DNA of 63,389 nucleotides, counting the filler, from Octopus bimaculoides (lineage: Eukaryota), in the NCBI RefSeq assembly GCF_001194135.2. It is 5 parts of 5 records of this genome, joined end to end, with 100 filler letters (N's around TTAATTAATTAA, not from the genome) between each part and the next. Parts side by side here need not be neighbours in the genome. Positions count along the whole stretch, not along the records: positions 50,881 to 63,389 come from NC_068992.1; 4 more parts are not named here. One strand, 5' to 3'. This document shows, piece after piece, positions 52,556 through 63,389 of this stretch (position 1 is the first letter of the stretch; each line of letters opens with the position of its first letter). The notes under the pieces were generated by a model. That model searched no databases, was not told where the DNA came from, and saw nothing but the letters and a program-made list of their open reading frames with translations. The translations under genes were made by a program, and so were the position numbers.

Positions 52556-52713
52556 TATTTATATCAAAGGCATTACTATACATAAATGCCTCACACTAGG
52601 AGGGATACCTAAAGTCAAAACTACCATAATAAATGTTTATTATGGTAGTTTTAACTTTACGAGTCCCTCCTAGAGTGAGACATTTATGTGTAGTAATGCT
52701 CTTGATATAAATA
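52556..52713. repeat. Long palindrome, 77-78 bp arms, 2-nt spacer
   Basis: 52557-52633 versus the reverse complement of 52636-52712: 68/77 identical by manual alignment. Confidence 0.93.
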
Positions 52714-53160
52714 ATTATATTTAAAGGGAATAATTAATAAATTTTTCCCTTATGAGGTTTTTCACGCTAACTACTTGATAAATTCTTATAAAGATTTTAT
52801 CCTATTTTTAAATTATACATACATATATATATATGTACATATATATACATGTGTGTGTGTATGTGTGTGTGTGTATGTATGTGTGTATAGCAGCGACTCC
52901 ATCAATTCCTAGGGATATCTGAGGAAAGAATGTTATTCCGATGTATTATCAGACTATGGATGGTTAAATTATAACAGGTGCATAGTCCAAACTCGTAAAT
53001 ATGAGGGTAATAAATCAAAATAATTATTTACTAGTCGTTATCATGCATAAATAAAAGTCAAAAGAAATAACATATTTTAAAATATATCAGAGTGTATAAA
53101 ATATCTTTCTACACAGAGAGGAGACCATTTCTAAGATTCCTTACAAGCTAAAAAGGCCAG

Positions 53161-53254
53161 TTAAAACCCAAATACGAAAAGAGAATTCATGAGGCACGCC
53201 AATAATAACACTAGAACGTGCCTCATGAATTCTCTTTTCATATTTGGGTTTTAA
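53161..53254. repeat. Inverted repeat, 38-bp arms, 18-nt spacer
   Basis: 53161-53198 versus the reverse complement of 53217-53254: 37/38 identical. Confidence 0.95.
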
Positions 53255-53772
53255 GGAGTCTTGTAAGGATTCTTGTCAATGTTCTCCTCCTTGTGTATAA
53301 AAATATATTATATTTTTAAGTATATNNNNNNNNNNNNNNNNNNNNNNNNNNNNNNNNNNNNNNNNNNNNNNNNNNNNNNNNNNNNNNNNNNNNNNNNNNN
53401 NNNNNNNNNNNNNNNNNNNNNNNNNNNNNNNNNNNNNNNNNNNNNNNNNNNNNNNNNNNNNNNNNNNNNNNNNNNNNNNNNNNNNNNNNNNNNNNNNNNN
53501 NNNNNNNNNNNNNNNNNNNNNNNNNNNNNNNNNNNNNNNNNNNNNNNNNNNNNNNNNNNNNNNNNNNNNNNNNNNNNNNNNNACACATCTCCCCCTCCCA
53601 CCATGCACATCCCTCTTGCCTCCTCCTCCACGGTCTTGGCACTCCTACGCATATTCCACGTTCAAATACTCACCGATTATACATACAAGCATATACAAAC
53701 ATATACATATAATACATGCATGTATATTTATGTATACATATATGTATATATATGTATATATATAAATGTATG

Positions 53773-53823
<51 letters not shown>

Positions 53824-53915
53824 ATATATATGTGTGTATGTATATATGTATTTATATTTATATTTATATGCACGCATGCATACATATATACATACAGGCA
53901 TGCGTGCATGCATAC

Positions 53916-54000
<85 letters not shown>

Positions 54001-54594
54001 TGTGTATATACATATATATATAAATGTATGTATATATATATGCATATATATACGCTTGTATATATATAAATGTATGTATATATATATGTATATATATACG
54101 CTTGTATATATATAAATGTATGTATATATATGTGTATATATATGCATTTGCATTTATATTTATATGCACGCATACATACGTACATACATACATACATACA
54201 TACATACATACATGCATGCATGCATGCATACATGCATTCATACAGAGTGGATAATGCCTGAAATCTGAAAAGAGAGCGGCCATGAAAAACGTGATGAGAT
54301 ACAGAGAGGGAGAGAGGGAGAGAGGAAGAAGAGATTAAGGAACAAAGAATGAAAGAAAGACAGAAAGACCGAAAAATAGAAAGAGAGAAAGGGGGGTTTG
54401 TGGGGCGTGGGGTGAGAGTGAATGTGAATTTGAACACAGTTCAGTGCATTTGCTGGATGGTTTTTCAAATGAATTGAATGCAGATTAGTGGCGTGTCGCT
54501 CCGTACTTCTTGTAACATTCACTTGACAAATATTTTATGATGTCTTAATTAAAAGGTGGCTTGTTACAAACTGAATCCCTAATGATTGATTAAT

Positions 54595-54956
54595 AATAGT
54601 CACGATGATGATGATGATGATGATAATGATGATGATGATGATGATGATGGTTATGACTTCGATATGAGAGTGTAATCTGACCAAAATGATAATTATAACT
54701 ACAGCAAGAACTGTACGAAGACAAAGATGACGTCGACGGCGACGACGACGACAACGCTACTGCTGCTGCTGCTGATGATGATGATGATGACGATGATGGT
54801 GGTGGTGGTGGCAGTGGTGGTGATGATGAGGATGATGCTGATGGTGAGAAAGAGGAGGAGACAAGGAGGAACATTATGACGATCAGGATCATTGTAGCGG
54901 TGATGATTATGATTCTGTTACTCCTCCCCCTCCTCCTCCTCCTCCTCCTCCTCCTC

Positions 54957-54990
<34 letters not shown>

Positions 54991-55055
54991 AGCTGTTATT
55001 GTTGTTGGTGATGGTGATAATGATGACGATGATTATGGTACTACCAGAACTCCTG

Positions 55056-55111
<56 letters not shown>

Positions 55112-55506
55112 GCTACTACTATTGCTACTACTTTCTGTGGCATAAAAACATTTTTGCAAGACAATACTGGCAATGTTGATGATTATAATGATAATGATGA
55201 TGACGACGACGACGATGATGATGATGATGATGATGTCAATGATAATAATGGCATTAAACTTGATGCCATTGATGTTGAGTAGGATGATGATGATGATGAT
55301 GATGATGACGATGACGATGACGATGACGATAATTATAGTAATAACAGTGATAATGGGAGACTGGGAAGAGATGAGGGTGAGTGGGGCAAGATTCGAATTG
55401 TCTTTTGGAAATCCATATGAGAAGGAGACGAGTGAAATGGCAAACAGCACTAAGAACAACAACAACAACAACAACAACGACACAACTGCTGCTGCTGCTG
55501 CTGCTG

Positions 55507-55554
<48 letters not shown>

Positions 55555-55570
55555 ATAACGATAATAATGA
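54595..55570. repeat. Mosaic of trinucleotide repeats (GAT, GAC, GCT, GGT, CCT, TAC, AAC)
   Basis: Direct reading. It explains the homopolymer-rich ORFs in the track. Confidence 0.95.
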
Positions 55571-55697
55571 TTTCAAATGTTTGCCACAAGGGCAACTTGG
55601 GGGAGGTGATTAAATCGATTACACCGACCCCCGTGTGTAACTGGTACTTATTTAATCGACCCCAAAAGGATGAAAGGCAAAGTTAACCTTTCATCTT

Positions 55698-55739
<42 letters not shown>

Positions 55740-55743
55740 GTGA

Positions 55744-55963
55744 TCCTTTCTATTATAGACACAAGGCCTGACATTTGGGATGTGGGGAGAGAGGCCAGTA
55801 GATGAGTTCAGACACCAGTACACAACTGGTACTTAATTTATCGACCTCGAAAAGATGAAGGGCAAAGTCGACCTCGGCGGAATTTGAATTCAGAACGTAA
55901 AGAGGAACGAAATACCGCTACGCATTTCGCCCGGCATCCTAACGACTCTGCTAGCTCGCCGCC
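55744..55963 (-). mobile_element. SINE family B, full length, tail type 2, inside an (AAT)n tract
   Basis: Full match with (AAT)n on both sides. A second partial 3' copy lies at about 55575-55690. Confidence 0.9.
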
Positions 55964-56010
55964 TTAATAATAATAATACTAACAACAACAGCAACAACAA
56001 TAATATTAAC

Positions 56011-56124
56011 AAGAAGAAGAAGAAGAAGAAGAAGAAGAAGAAGAAGAAGAAGAAGAAGAAGAAGAAGAAGAAGAAGAAGAAGAAGAAGAAGAAGAAGAAG
56101 AAGAAGAAAAAGAAGAAGAAGAAG
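56011..56124. repeat. (GAA)n pure purine tract
   Basis: About 38 units with one interruption. Confidence 0.97.
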
Positions 56125-56152
56125 ATGTCGGCTGTGCCTAATAATAATAATT

Positions 56153-56632
56153 GTTTTGTCTTGGTATAAAATATGGGCTACAGCAAATATTCTGCTTCAT
56201 ACCACAGATTTGCTTTGTCAGTTGTTTGACCTTAACCAGTTGAGCATGTCCCTTGGTGGCTGACGATATGTGCATCTCTGATCACGAGTAGTAGTAGTGG
56301 GGGAGATTCATAGCCATGTGTTGAGAGGAATTCTTTGGGGTTTGAATAATTCACCTTTGGAAACATGAGTGTTTCGTTCAACCCTTATTCTGGGACCTTT
56401 AGAGCGAGATGGGTTACTCAACCTGAAGAAAATTCTAACTGAGCCCCACCTGTGAGGTCATACGCAATTTTATCTTGATATGAGATCACCATGTCGCGCA
56501 CATATGGTTGTGATGCATGTGCCTGGTGTACCCTTATCAGACGGGTAGTCATGATGGGTATATTGAGCTTCGTATATTTTACCCCAGTGTCACTTTGATG
56601 GCATGCGCTGCTCTCTCACTCAATAATAATAA
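56153..56632 (+). mobile_element. Family E repeat, LINE 3'-UTR-like with (AAT)n tail
   Basis: No Pol III head, ends CTCTCTCACTC(AAT)n, and has a second copy at 30515-30671. The LINE origin is inference. Confidence 0.6.
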
Positions 56633-56950
56633 TTCTTTTTTTAGGCATAATGCCTGAAGTTTTGTAGACTCCCAATTAATCAATACATATTTTATCGATC
56701 CCGAAAGGTTGAAAAGCAGTGTCGACTTCGGTGGAATTGAACTCAGAACGTGAAGGGCTGGAAGAAAAACGACAAGACACTTTGTCCAGTGCTGTNNNNN
56801 NNNNNNNNNNNNNNNNNNNNNNNNNNNNNNNNNNNNNNNNNNNNNNNNNNNNNNNNNNNNNNNNNNNNNNNNNNNNNNNNNNNNNNNNNNNNNNNNNNNN
56901 NNNNNNNNNNNNNNNNNNNNNNNNNNNNNNNNNNNNNNNNNNNNNNNNNN

Positions 56951-57238
56951 TGATGATGATGATGACGACGACAATGGTGGTGGTGGTGATGATGATGATG
57001 ATGACGACGACAATGGTGGTGGTGGTAGTTATGATGGTGATGGTGATGATGGTGATGGTGATGATGATGATGATGATGATGTTGATGATGATGCCGACGA
57101 CGACAATGGTGGTGGTGGTGGTAGTGATGATGATGGTGACGATGGTGATGATGAAGGTGATGGTGAGGACGATGACGACAATGGTGGTGGTGGTGATGAT
57201 GGTGATGGTGATGATGCTGATGGTGATGATGCTGATGG

Positions 57239-57276
<38 letters not shown>

Positions 57277-57290
57277 GCGGTGGTGATCGT
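56951..57290. repeat. (GAT)/(GGT) compound trinucleotide repeat
   Basis: Direct reading. Confidence 0.95.
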
Positions 57291-57842
57291 AGTGATAGAA
57301 AAGAAGAAGAACGAAAAGAAAAAGAAAAGAAAGTCCGAAAACTGCGTTGCGGTTGGGCTTTAGTTTTTCTTATTTATTTGTTTAATTAATTAATGGTTTT
57401 AAACATCCGTATGAAGTTGGTCCGACACGGCNNNNNNNNNNNNNNNNNNNNNNNNNNNNNNNNNNNNNNNNNNNNNNNNNNNNNNNNNNNNNNNNNNNNN
57501 NNNNNNNNNNNNNNNNNNNNNNNNNNNNNNNNNNNNNNNNNNNNNNNNNNNNNNNNNNNNNNNNNNNNNNNNNNNNNNNNNNNNNNNNNNNNNNNNNNNN
57601 NNNNNNNNNNNNNNNNNNNNNNNNNNNNNNNNNNNNNNNNNNNNNNNNNNNNNNNNNNNNNNNNNNNNNNNNNNNNNNNNNNNNNNNNNNNNNNNNNNNN
57701 NNNNNNNNNNNNNNNNNNNNNNNNNNNNNNNNNNNNNNNNNNNNNNNNNNNNNNNNNNNNNNNNNNNNNNNNNNNNNNNNNNNNNNNNNNNNNNNNNNNN
57801 NNNNACTTATCTTAATGCTGTATGTCTTTTTTATTCTTTGCT

Positions 57843-58247
57843 TCTTTTACTTGTTTCTGTCATTTAACTGCGGCCATGCTGGAGCACCGCCTCTAGTTGA
57901 ACGACTCGACCCCAAGACTAATTCTTTATATGCCTACTACTTACTTTATCGGTTTCTTTTGCCGAACCGCTAATGTGACAGGAACGTAAACACACCAGTA
58001 TCGGTTGTCAAGCGATGGTGAGGGGACAAACACAGACACACAAACAGACAAACACACACACACACACACGCACACACACACACACATACACACATGTACG
58101 ACGGGCTTCTTTCAATTCCCGTCTGTGAGATCCACGCACAAGGTTTTGGTCGGCCCGAGGCTATAGTGGAAGATACTTGCCCAAGGTGACACGCAGTGGG
58201 ACTGAACCCAGAACCATGTGGCTGGGAAGCAAGCTTCTTACCACACA
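57843..58247 (-). mobile_element. SINE family A, full length
   Basis: Both halves with an internal (CA)n tract. Confidence 0.9.
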
Positions 58248-58361
58248 ACAGAGGAACAGCGGACCGATGTAAGTTTAAGAATCATAGCAGTTTGCAATGT
58301 GATGAGGGCCAAACTATTTTCTGGTCAAGAAGTTTGACCAATGAAGAACTTGACCTCTATA

Positions 58362-58849
58362 TCTTTTATTCTTTTACTTGTTTCAGTCATTTCACTGCAG
58401 CCATGCTGGAGCACTGCATTGGAAATTTTTTTAGTCGACACAGGGACTTATTTTTTAAGTCTCATACTTGTTATTTTGCTGATCGCTAAGTTACAGGGAC
58501 ATGAACACACTAACACCGGTTGTCAAACGGTTGTGGGGGACGAAAACAAACAAACACACACACGCACACACACATACAGATACACACACTCACATGCACA
58601 CAGTTACACGCGCACAGATACACACACATAGATACAGATACACACATACACAGATACACACACAGAGATAACACATACACACTCATGTACATGATGGGAT
58701 TCCACACAGTTTCCATCTACCAGATTTACTCCGAAAGCATTGGTCAGCCCAGGATTATAGAAGACACTGATCCAAGACGCCGCACGGCGGGATCGAATCC
58801 AAAACCAGGTGGTTACAAGAACAAGACTCTTAACTACGGTGCCATGTTT
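58362..58849 (-). mobile_element. SINE family A, full length, more diverged, expanded internal microsatellite
   Basis: Both halves present. The internal CA-rich tract is about 140 bp. Confidence 0.85.
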
Positions 58850-59104
58850 GCTTAAATTAATATAACCAACCATAAATCTGTCAACCTAAACATAATGATG
58901 CAGTTAATAAGAAACATTAAGTTAACGACATAAAATATTTAACTAATTGCTTAATCATGCTGCGTTAATTAAGCTAGAATTAATGAAGCAACGAAAAGAA
59001 CTCCTGGTCCCTGTTATTATTCTAAAACTGTAATTACAGCTGCGGTCTGTGATTTACTTACACCAGCTGCGAGAAGGGATTCTAGTTTTTACTTTAGTCT
59101 CATC

Positions 59105-59252
59105 TATCGTCGACGTCGTTGTTGTCATCGCCATGGCCACCACCACCACCACCACCACCAGTATAGTCATCGTCGTTGTTGTCGTCGCCACAATCCATCT
59201 CCTCCTTCTCGTCGTCGTCGTCGCCGTCGTTATCATCATCATCGTCGTCGCG

Positions 59253-59283
<31 letters not shown>

Positions 59284-59635
59284 ACGCCATCACCACTACC
59301 GCCGCCACCATCCTCATCATCGTCATCATCCTCATTGTTATCATCATCGTCGTCATTATCCTCATCATCATCATAGCCGCTGTCACCGCGGCCGTCATCA
59401 CCATCGTCATCATCATCGCCACCACCACACAACCACCACCACCACCTTCGCCACCATCAACGTCGTCGTCGTCATCATCAACATCATCATCGTCACTATC
59501 GCGACAGCCACCACCACCACCACCATTGCCATTATCATCATCATCCTCATCGTCATCATGATCATGATCATCGTCGTCGTCGTCGTCGTCGTCGTCGACA
59601 TAGCCGCCGTCACCGCCGCCGTCATGGTTGTAATA
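59105..59635. repeat. (CAT)/(CGT)/(CAC) compound trinucleotide repeat
   Basis: Direct reading. Confidence 0.95.
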
Positions 59636-60516
59636 ACCTCAACAGTTGACCGAGATGTCTCCTAAGAATCGCCAGCCCAGCAGTAAGACATGACTGATTC
59701 TCTACAATAACTGGATTGTGAGTTGTCAAATCCTTAATTATTGATGCATCTAGTGTCCGTTGGTGGCGGCTAATTAGTACAATTCTCTTAGGAAATTGCA
59801 GCCTGTTGCACTAAAGAAGGGGTTGCGACACCGAGATTATTTTGGATCACCTCTCTGCAAATACTCTTTATTTGCATGTTAAACCCAACACAGCTTCAGA
59901 AGCTTTGAGTTTCGTCTCAAAGTGCGGAATACCACTTCGGTAAATGTATTTCCTATGCACTGTTAAGAGACGCAAATATAATTTAATGTGTATTTCAGTC
60001 TTTCTCTGAGAATTCTTATTAGCAGGACCCATAAATGTTGCTTCTCTCTCTTCGTCTGCCATATCTACAGACGCCGTAATCAAAGACTTTCATGCGAAAG
60101 TCTAAAGATTCAGGGTGTAATTTTTTCGTAGGAATTGGTTTCTCGTCTTGTGGCGATTTATTTACTGTTTACTCTGCTAGTCTCTTACCCTCTCGAACTT
60201 ACCCTAGATGCACGAAGGGGGGGGGACTGAACCCTTAGACAGAGGTACTGGTTCACATGACATCAAGGCGTGACCACACGTTGGTGGGACTCTGACTCGT
60301 GCCTACGGGGTCAGTCTTTCTCTGATTCTTGTATAACTTTGCCATGTGACCCTCTTCTACTATTTGACACAAAATTAGGGTCCTTAATAGGTACTACGAC
60401 CACTGATTACAAAACACAAACAAAAAAACAAACAAAATAAAATAAAAATAAGAAAAATAAAATAAAACAACGTAGAAAAATAGAATTTTCCAAAAATAAA
60501 CATTAGAATCATTTAA

Positions 60517-60900
60517 CCCTTTAGCATTCAGAATTCCTCTGACAAATGGAATGCTTATTCACATTGTTTTGAATTAATCATAGATTATCTGTTAGCTTTA
60601 AAATTTCAATGATGTGATTGTTTATTTCTAGGATGACATTGTAGGGTAGGTCTAAGAGGCCAGATCTGGTTAGTTTGAGCATAAAACAGATAAAATATTT
60701 GAGCAAGAGATGGCCAGTTTAAATTCTTATAACCCTTTAGCATTCTCTATCAAATGTAATGCTTATTTCCTGACATTGTTTTCATTTAATCATGCATTAT
60801 CTTGTAGCTTTGAAATTTCAATGATGTGGTTGTTTATTTTTGGAATAATATTATAGTGTAGGTCTGAGAAGGTAGGTGTCAAGACCCGGTTTGAATGAAC
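60517..60900. mobile_element. Two tandem decayed copies of a piggyBac-type MITE
   Basis: TTAA|CCCTTTAGCATT at 60513-60528 and ATAA|CCCTTTAGCATT at about 60729-60744, with colinear bodies (AATCAT..ATTATCT..TAGCTTT.AAATTTCAATGATGTG). Right TIRs are degenerate. Confidence 0.55.
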
Positions 60901-61099
60901 AGCACGTGGAATTTATGTCTCCACGTTATTCACTCGTAATAACAAAATATGAAATCCAATTGGAATCTACATACCATGGACAAGAAGCATTTTTATCCAT
61001 TCTACATGGCACATTCCTTGGATAATGGAACTGCAACTGTAACATCTTGCATATATTTTTACTTTCATTTTTATTCTTTTTTCCCTTTATTCTTCCTAT

Positions 61100-61401
61100 A
61101 TCCATCCTTTTCCAAAATAATTCCTTATATTGAACTCTACTATTTCCTTCTACTTAGCTCTCTCATATCGTCTCTGACGAAGGAATGTCCCTAAAATCCC
61201 AGAAACAGGTGTAAGACTACCTTTCTATTAATTAATGTCCTATAAATTCCACAGCCTTGGTTTTGTTGTCTCGTTTTATTCAACTTATACATGCTCACAC
61301 AAGACCTGCGTTAGACTCCTCACTCGTATTATTACGAACCGAGACTCTAACTACTGTTCTCCCATACAACTTGCATAGCCTTACCTGCCATCTTGGGTCT
61401 T
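61100..61401 (+). mobile_element. Probable PLE pseudo-LTR ending at (TA)n
   Basis: Carries a hammerhead fold and terminates in a TA tract and gap, as at 395-686. Family assignment is inference. Confidence 0.55.
61170..61217 (+). ncRNA. Type I hammerhead ribozyme motif with canonical cores
   Basis: Stem I GTCT (61170-61173) with AGAC (61214-61217), CTGACGA at 61174-61180, stem II GGAAT/ATCCC (one mismatch), GAAA at 61202-61205, short stem III ACA/TGT, predicted GUA cleavage site at 61211-61213. Confidence 0.68.
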
Positions 61402-61541
61402 CTAGATACCAATACTTCTCATATATATANNNNNNNNNNNNNNNNNNNNNNNNNNNNNNNNNNNNNNNNNNNNNNNNNNNNNNNNNNNNNNNNNNNNNNN
61501 NNNNNNNNNNNNNNNNNNNNNTATATATATATATATATATA

Positions 61542-61655
61542 TGACGGGCTTCTGGTGAATATCTGTCTACCAAATTCATTCACATGGCATTAGACGGATG
61601 GCCGAGGTTATAGCAAAAGTCACTTTGCATAAGATGTCTTAAGATGCACTGAAAC
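61542..61655 (-). mobile_element. SINE family A, old 5' fragment
   Basis: GACGGGCTTCT...CTACCAAATTCATTCAC...CCGAGGTTATAGC, diverged. Confidence 0.7.
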
Positions 61656-61675
61656 TGCTCCCACTCGAAATATAT

Positions 61676-61968
61676 GTCTCTATTCACGAGATCACGTAAG
61701 CGATCAGAACATCGGATGTTATTATACGTCGCTAGTCACAATGCACTTTGCATCGTTTTAGCCTTCGAATGATGATGCCACCCGGCTGGTGACGCGAGCA
61801 AGCCAACATATTACCCCCAAGTCCATCGCAGGGTTACCTATTTACAGTTAAACGGACTGGAGCAACGTGAAACGAAGTGTTTTGATCAAGAACACAATGC
61901 ACCGCTTCAACAGGAAATCGAACTCACGATCTCTAAATTGTCAGTGTAACACCCTAACCATTATGCCA
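61676..61968 (-). mobile_element. tRNA-derived SINE related to family D in head and body, different tail
   Basis: Minus strand TGGCATAATGGTTAGGGTG...GTGAGTTCGATTTCC...TTGTGTTCTTGATCAAAACACTTCGTTTCACGTTGCTCCAGT. Confidence 0.72.
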
Positions 61969-62533
61969 ATAGGTCTCTATTATATTTATATGGTTACAGC
62001 AATGTTTTTCTTTTTTTATGACAGCATAATTATACGATACCCACACATAGTCTTTTTTCAGTTTTATTTTTATTGTGGATACGTTGATATATTGATGCAA
62101 ACATTTTGCACTAAAACGTTGTGTTTTGGAATTATACAACAATTAGGGCGTTGTTGCATTAATGCCGTGTATATTATTATATTGGGAACCACACATACAC
62201 ACATACACACGTACACATTCATAAAAACATACGCATAAACATAAATATTTAATATACAACGCAATTTTTGTATAGATATACACACACATATACATACAGA
62301 TATACATAATCATATATATACCGAGAGTGAGAGAGGTAATTGTATATACGGATTATGTGTATGTGTGTCAGTATGCATGTATGCACATATAAATGTATGT
62401 ATGTGTACACACACACACACACACGCACACACACACACACACACACGCATATATATATACACTTATGTTTGTATGTATATATTGCATATCTGACTATCGA
62501 TCCATTACGTATGTGTATATATATGTATATAAT

Positions 62534-62576
<43 letters not shown>

Positions 62577-63159
62577 ATATACAAGCACACACATACACAC
62601 ACATACACACACACATACATCTCTGGATATGATTCTTTATGTATGTGCGTATTTATGTATAGAATACATGATTATATGTATGTATATACGTTTGGAAGAG
62701 CCGTATTTTGTACAATTTAGCGCGAATATATTTACCATTATTGCCGCTGTTATCCATTTGTAAGTTTGGGGTACGGTGTTAGTGTTGGAGAGGGTACGAG
62801 GAAAAGATGGATGCCTTTAGTTTGATATTTACGGTAATGTATTCGCTGTTAACACATCACTTTAGTTGTCGGTTTAACCATCTACATCTCCGTTTATATT
62901 CATATACCTACATCCGTACATGGCGATGTATATGTGTGCCGTACGTACACGTGTGTGTGTGTGTTTTGCATTTTTTTCTGTCCTAAACAAATTCCTTCAA
63001 TTTGTATTGTAGACAAAAAATGAAGGACGTGGCTTATATATTGTCAAAAATAAAGTACACTACATCATAGCGATAGTGTTGGTGATACACACACACACAC
63101 ACATACATAGTTGGATAGATAGATGAATATATACATACATGGATAGATACATACATACA

Positions 63160-63340
63160 TACATACATCCATATGTATACTCATATATATATGTATATTC
63201 ATATATATGCCTATATATATATGTATATTCATATATATGCATATATATATATATGTATATTCATATATATGCATATATATATATGTATATTCATATATAT
63301 ATACACATATATGTATATATATATGTTATATCTATAGCTA

Positions 63341-63372
<32 letters not shown>

Positions 63373-63389
63373 AATATATATATATATAT
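63160..63389. repeat. (TA)-rich degenerate tandem repeat
   Basis: Repeated ATATATATGTATATTCATATATATGC-like units decaying to (TA)n. Confidence 0.93.

Noticed and set aside
54590-55686. Poly-Ser/Leu/His/Thr ORFs (also 24545-25157, 46263-46757, 59049-59625)
   Set aside because: Translations of trinucleotide microsatellites open in several frames and on both strands, with no domain or splice support.

Overview
Eukaryotic, AT-rich, repeat-dominated genomic scaffold with many N gaps. The SINE families and microsatellite load point to a cephalopod, most likely Octopus (inference from recalled repeat sequences, not checked by search). I found no host protein-coding gene, rRNA, tRNA gene or CRISPR array. 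Every long ORF in the supplied track is a microsatellite or N read-through, or a broken transposon frame, so the window reads as intergenic or deep intronic DNA. It holds decayed Tc1/mariner elements (DD41D-like, DD37D-like, mariner), a pogo/Tigger transposase pseudogene, CR1-like, RTE, R4/Dong-like and possible L1/Tx1 LINE remnants, a Penelope-like (PLE) RT plus GIY-YIG remnant, MITEs, and about 35 copies of at least four tRNA-derived SINE families. The best leads are two minimal type I hammerhead ribozyme folds in PLE-like ends abutting (TA)n tracts (one with canonical cores, one with an A6U variant), a series of long near-perfect inverted repeats (possible dsRNA/ADAR substrates), a fold-back transposon built from transposase coding sequence, and SINEs with swappable tails or built-in microsatellites. 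I see no convincing evidence of a wholly new multi-gene system. Coordinates of decayed elements are approximate.
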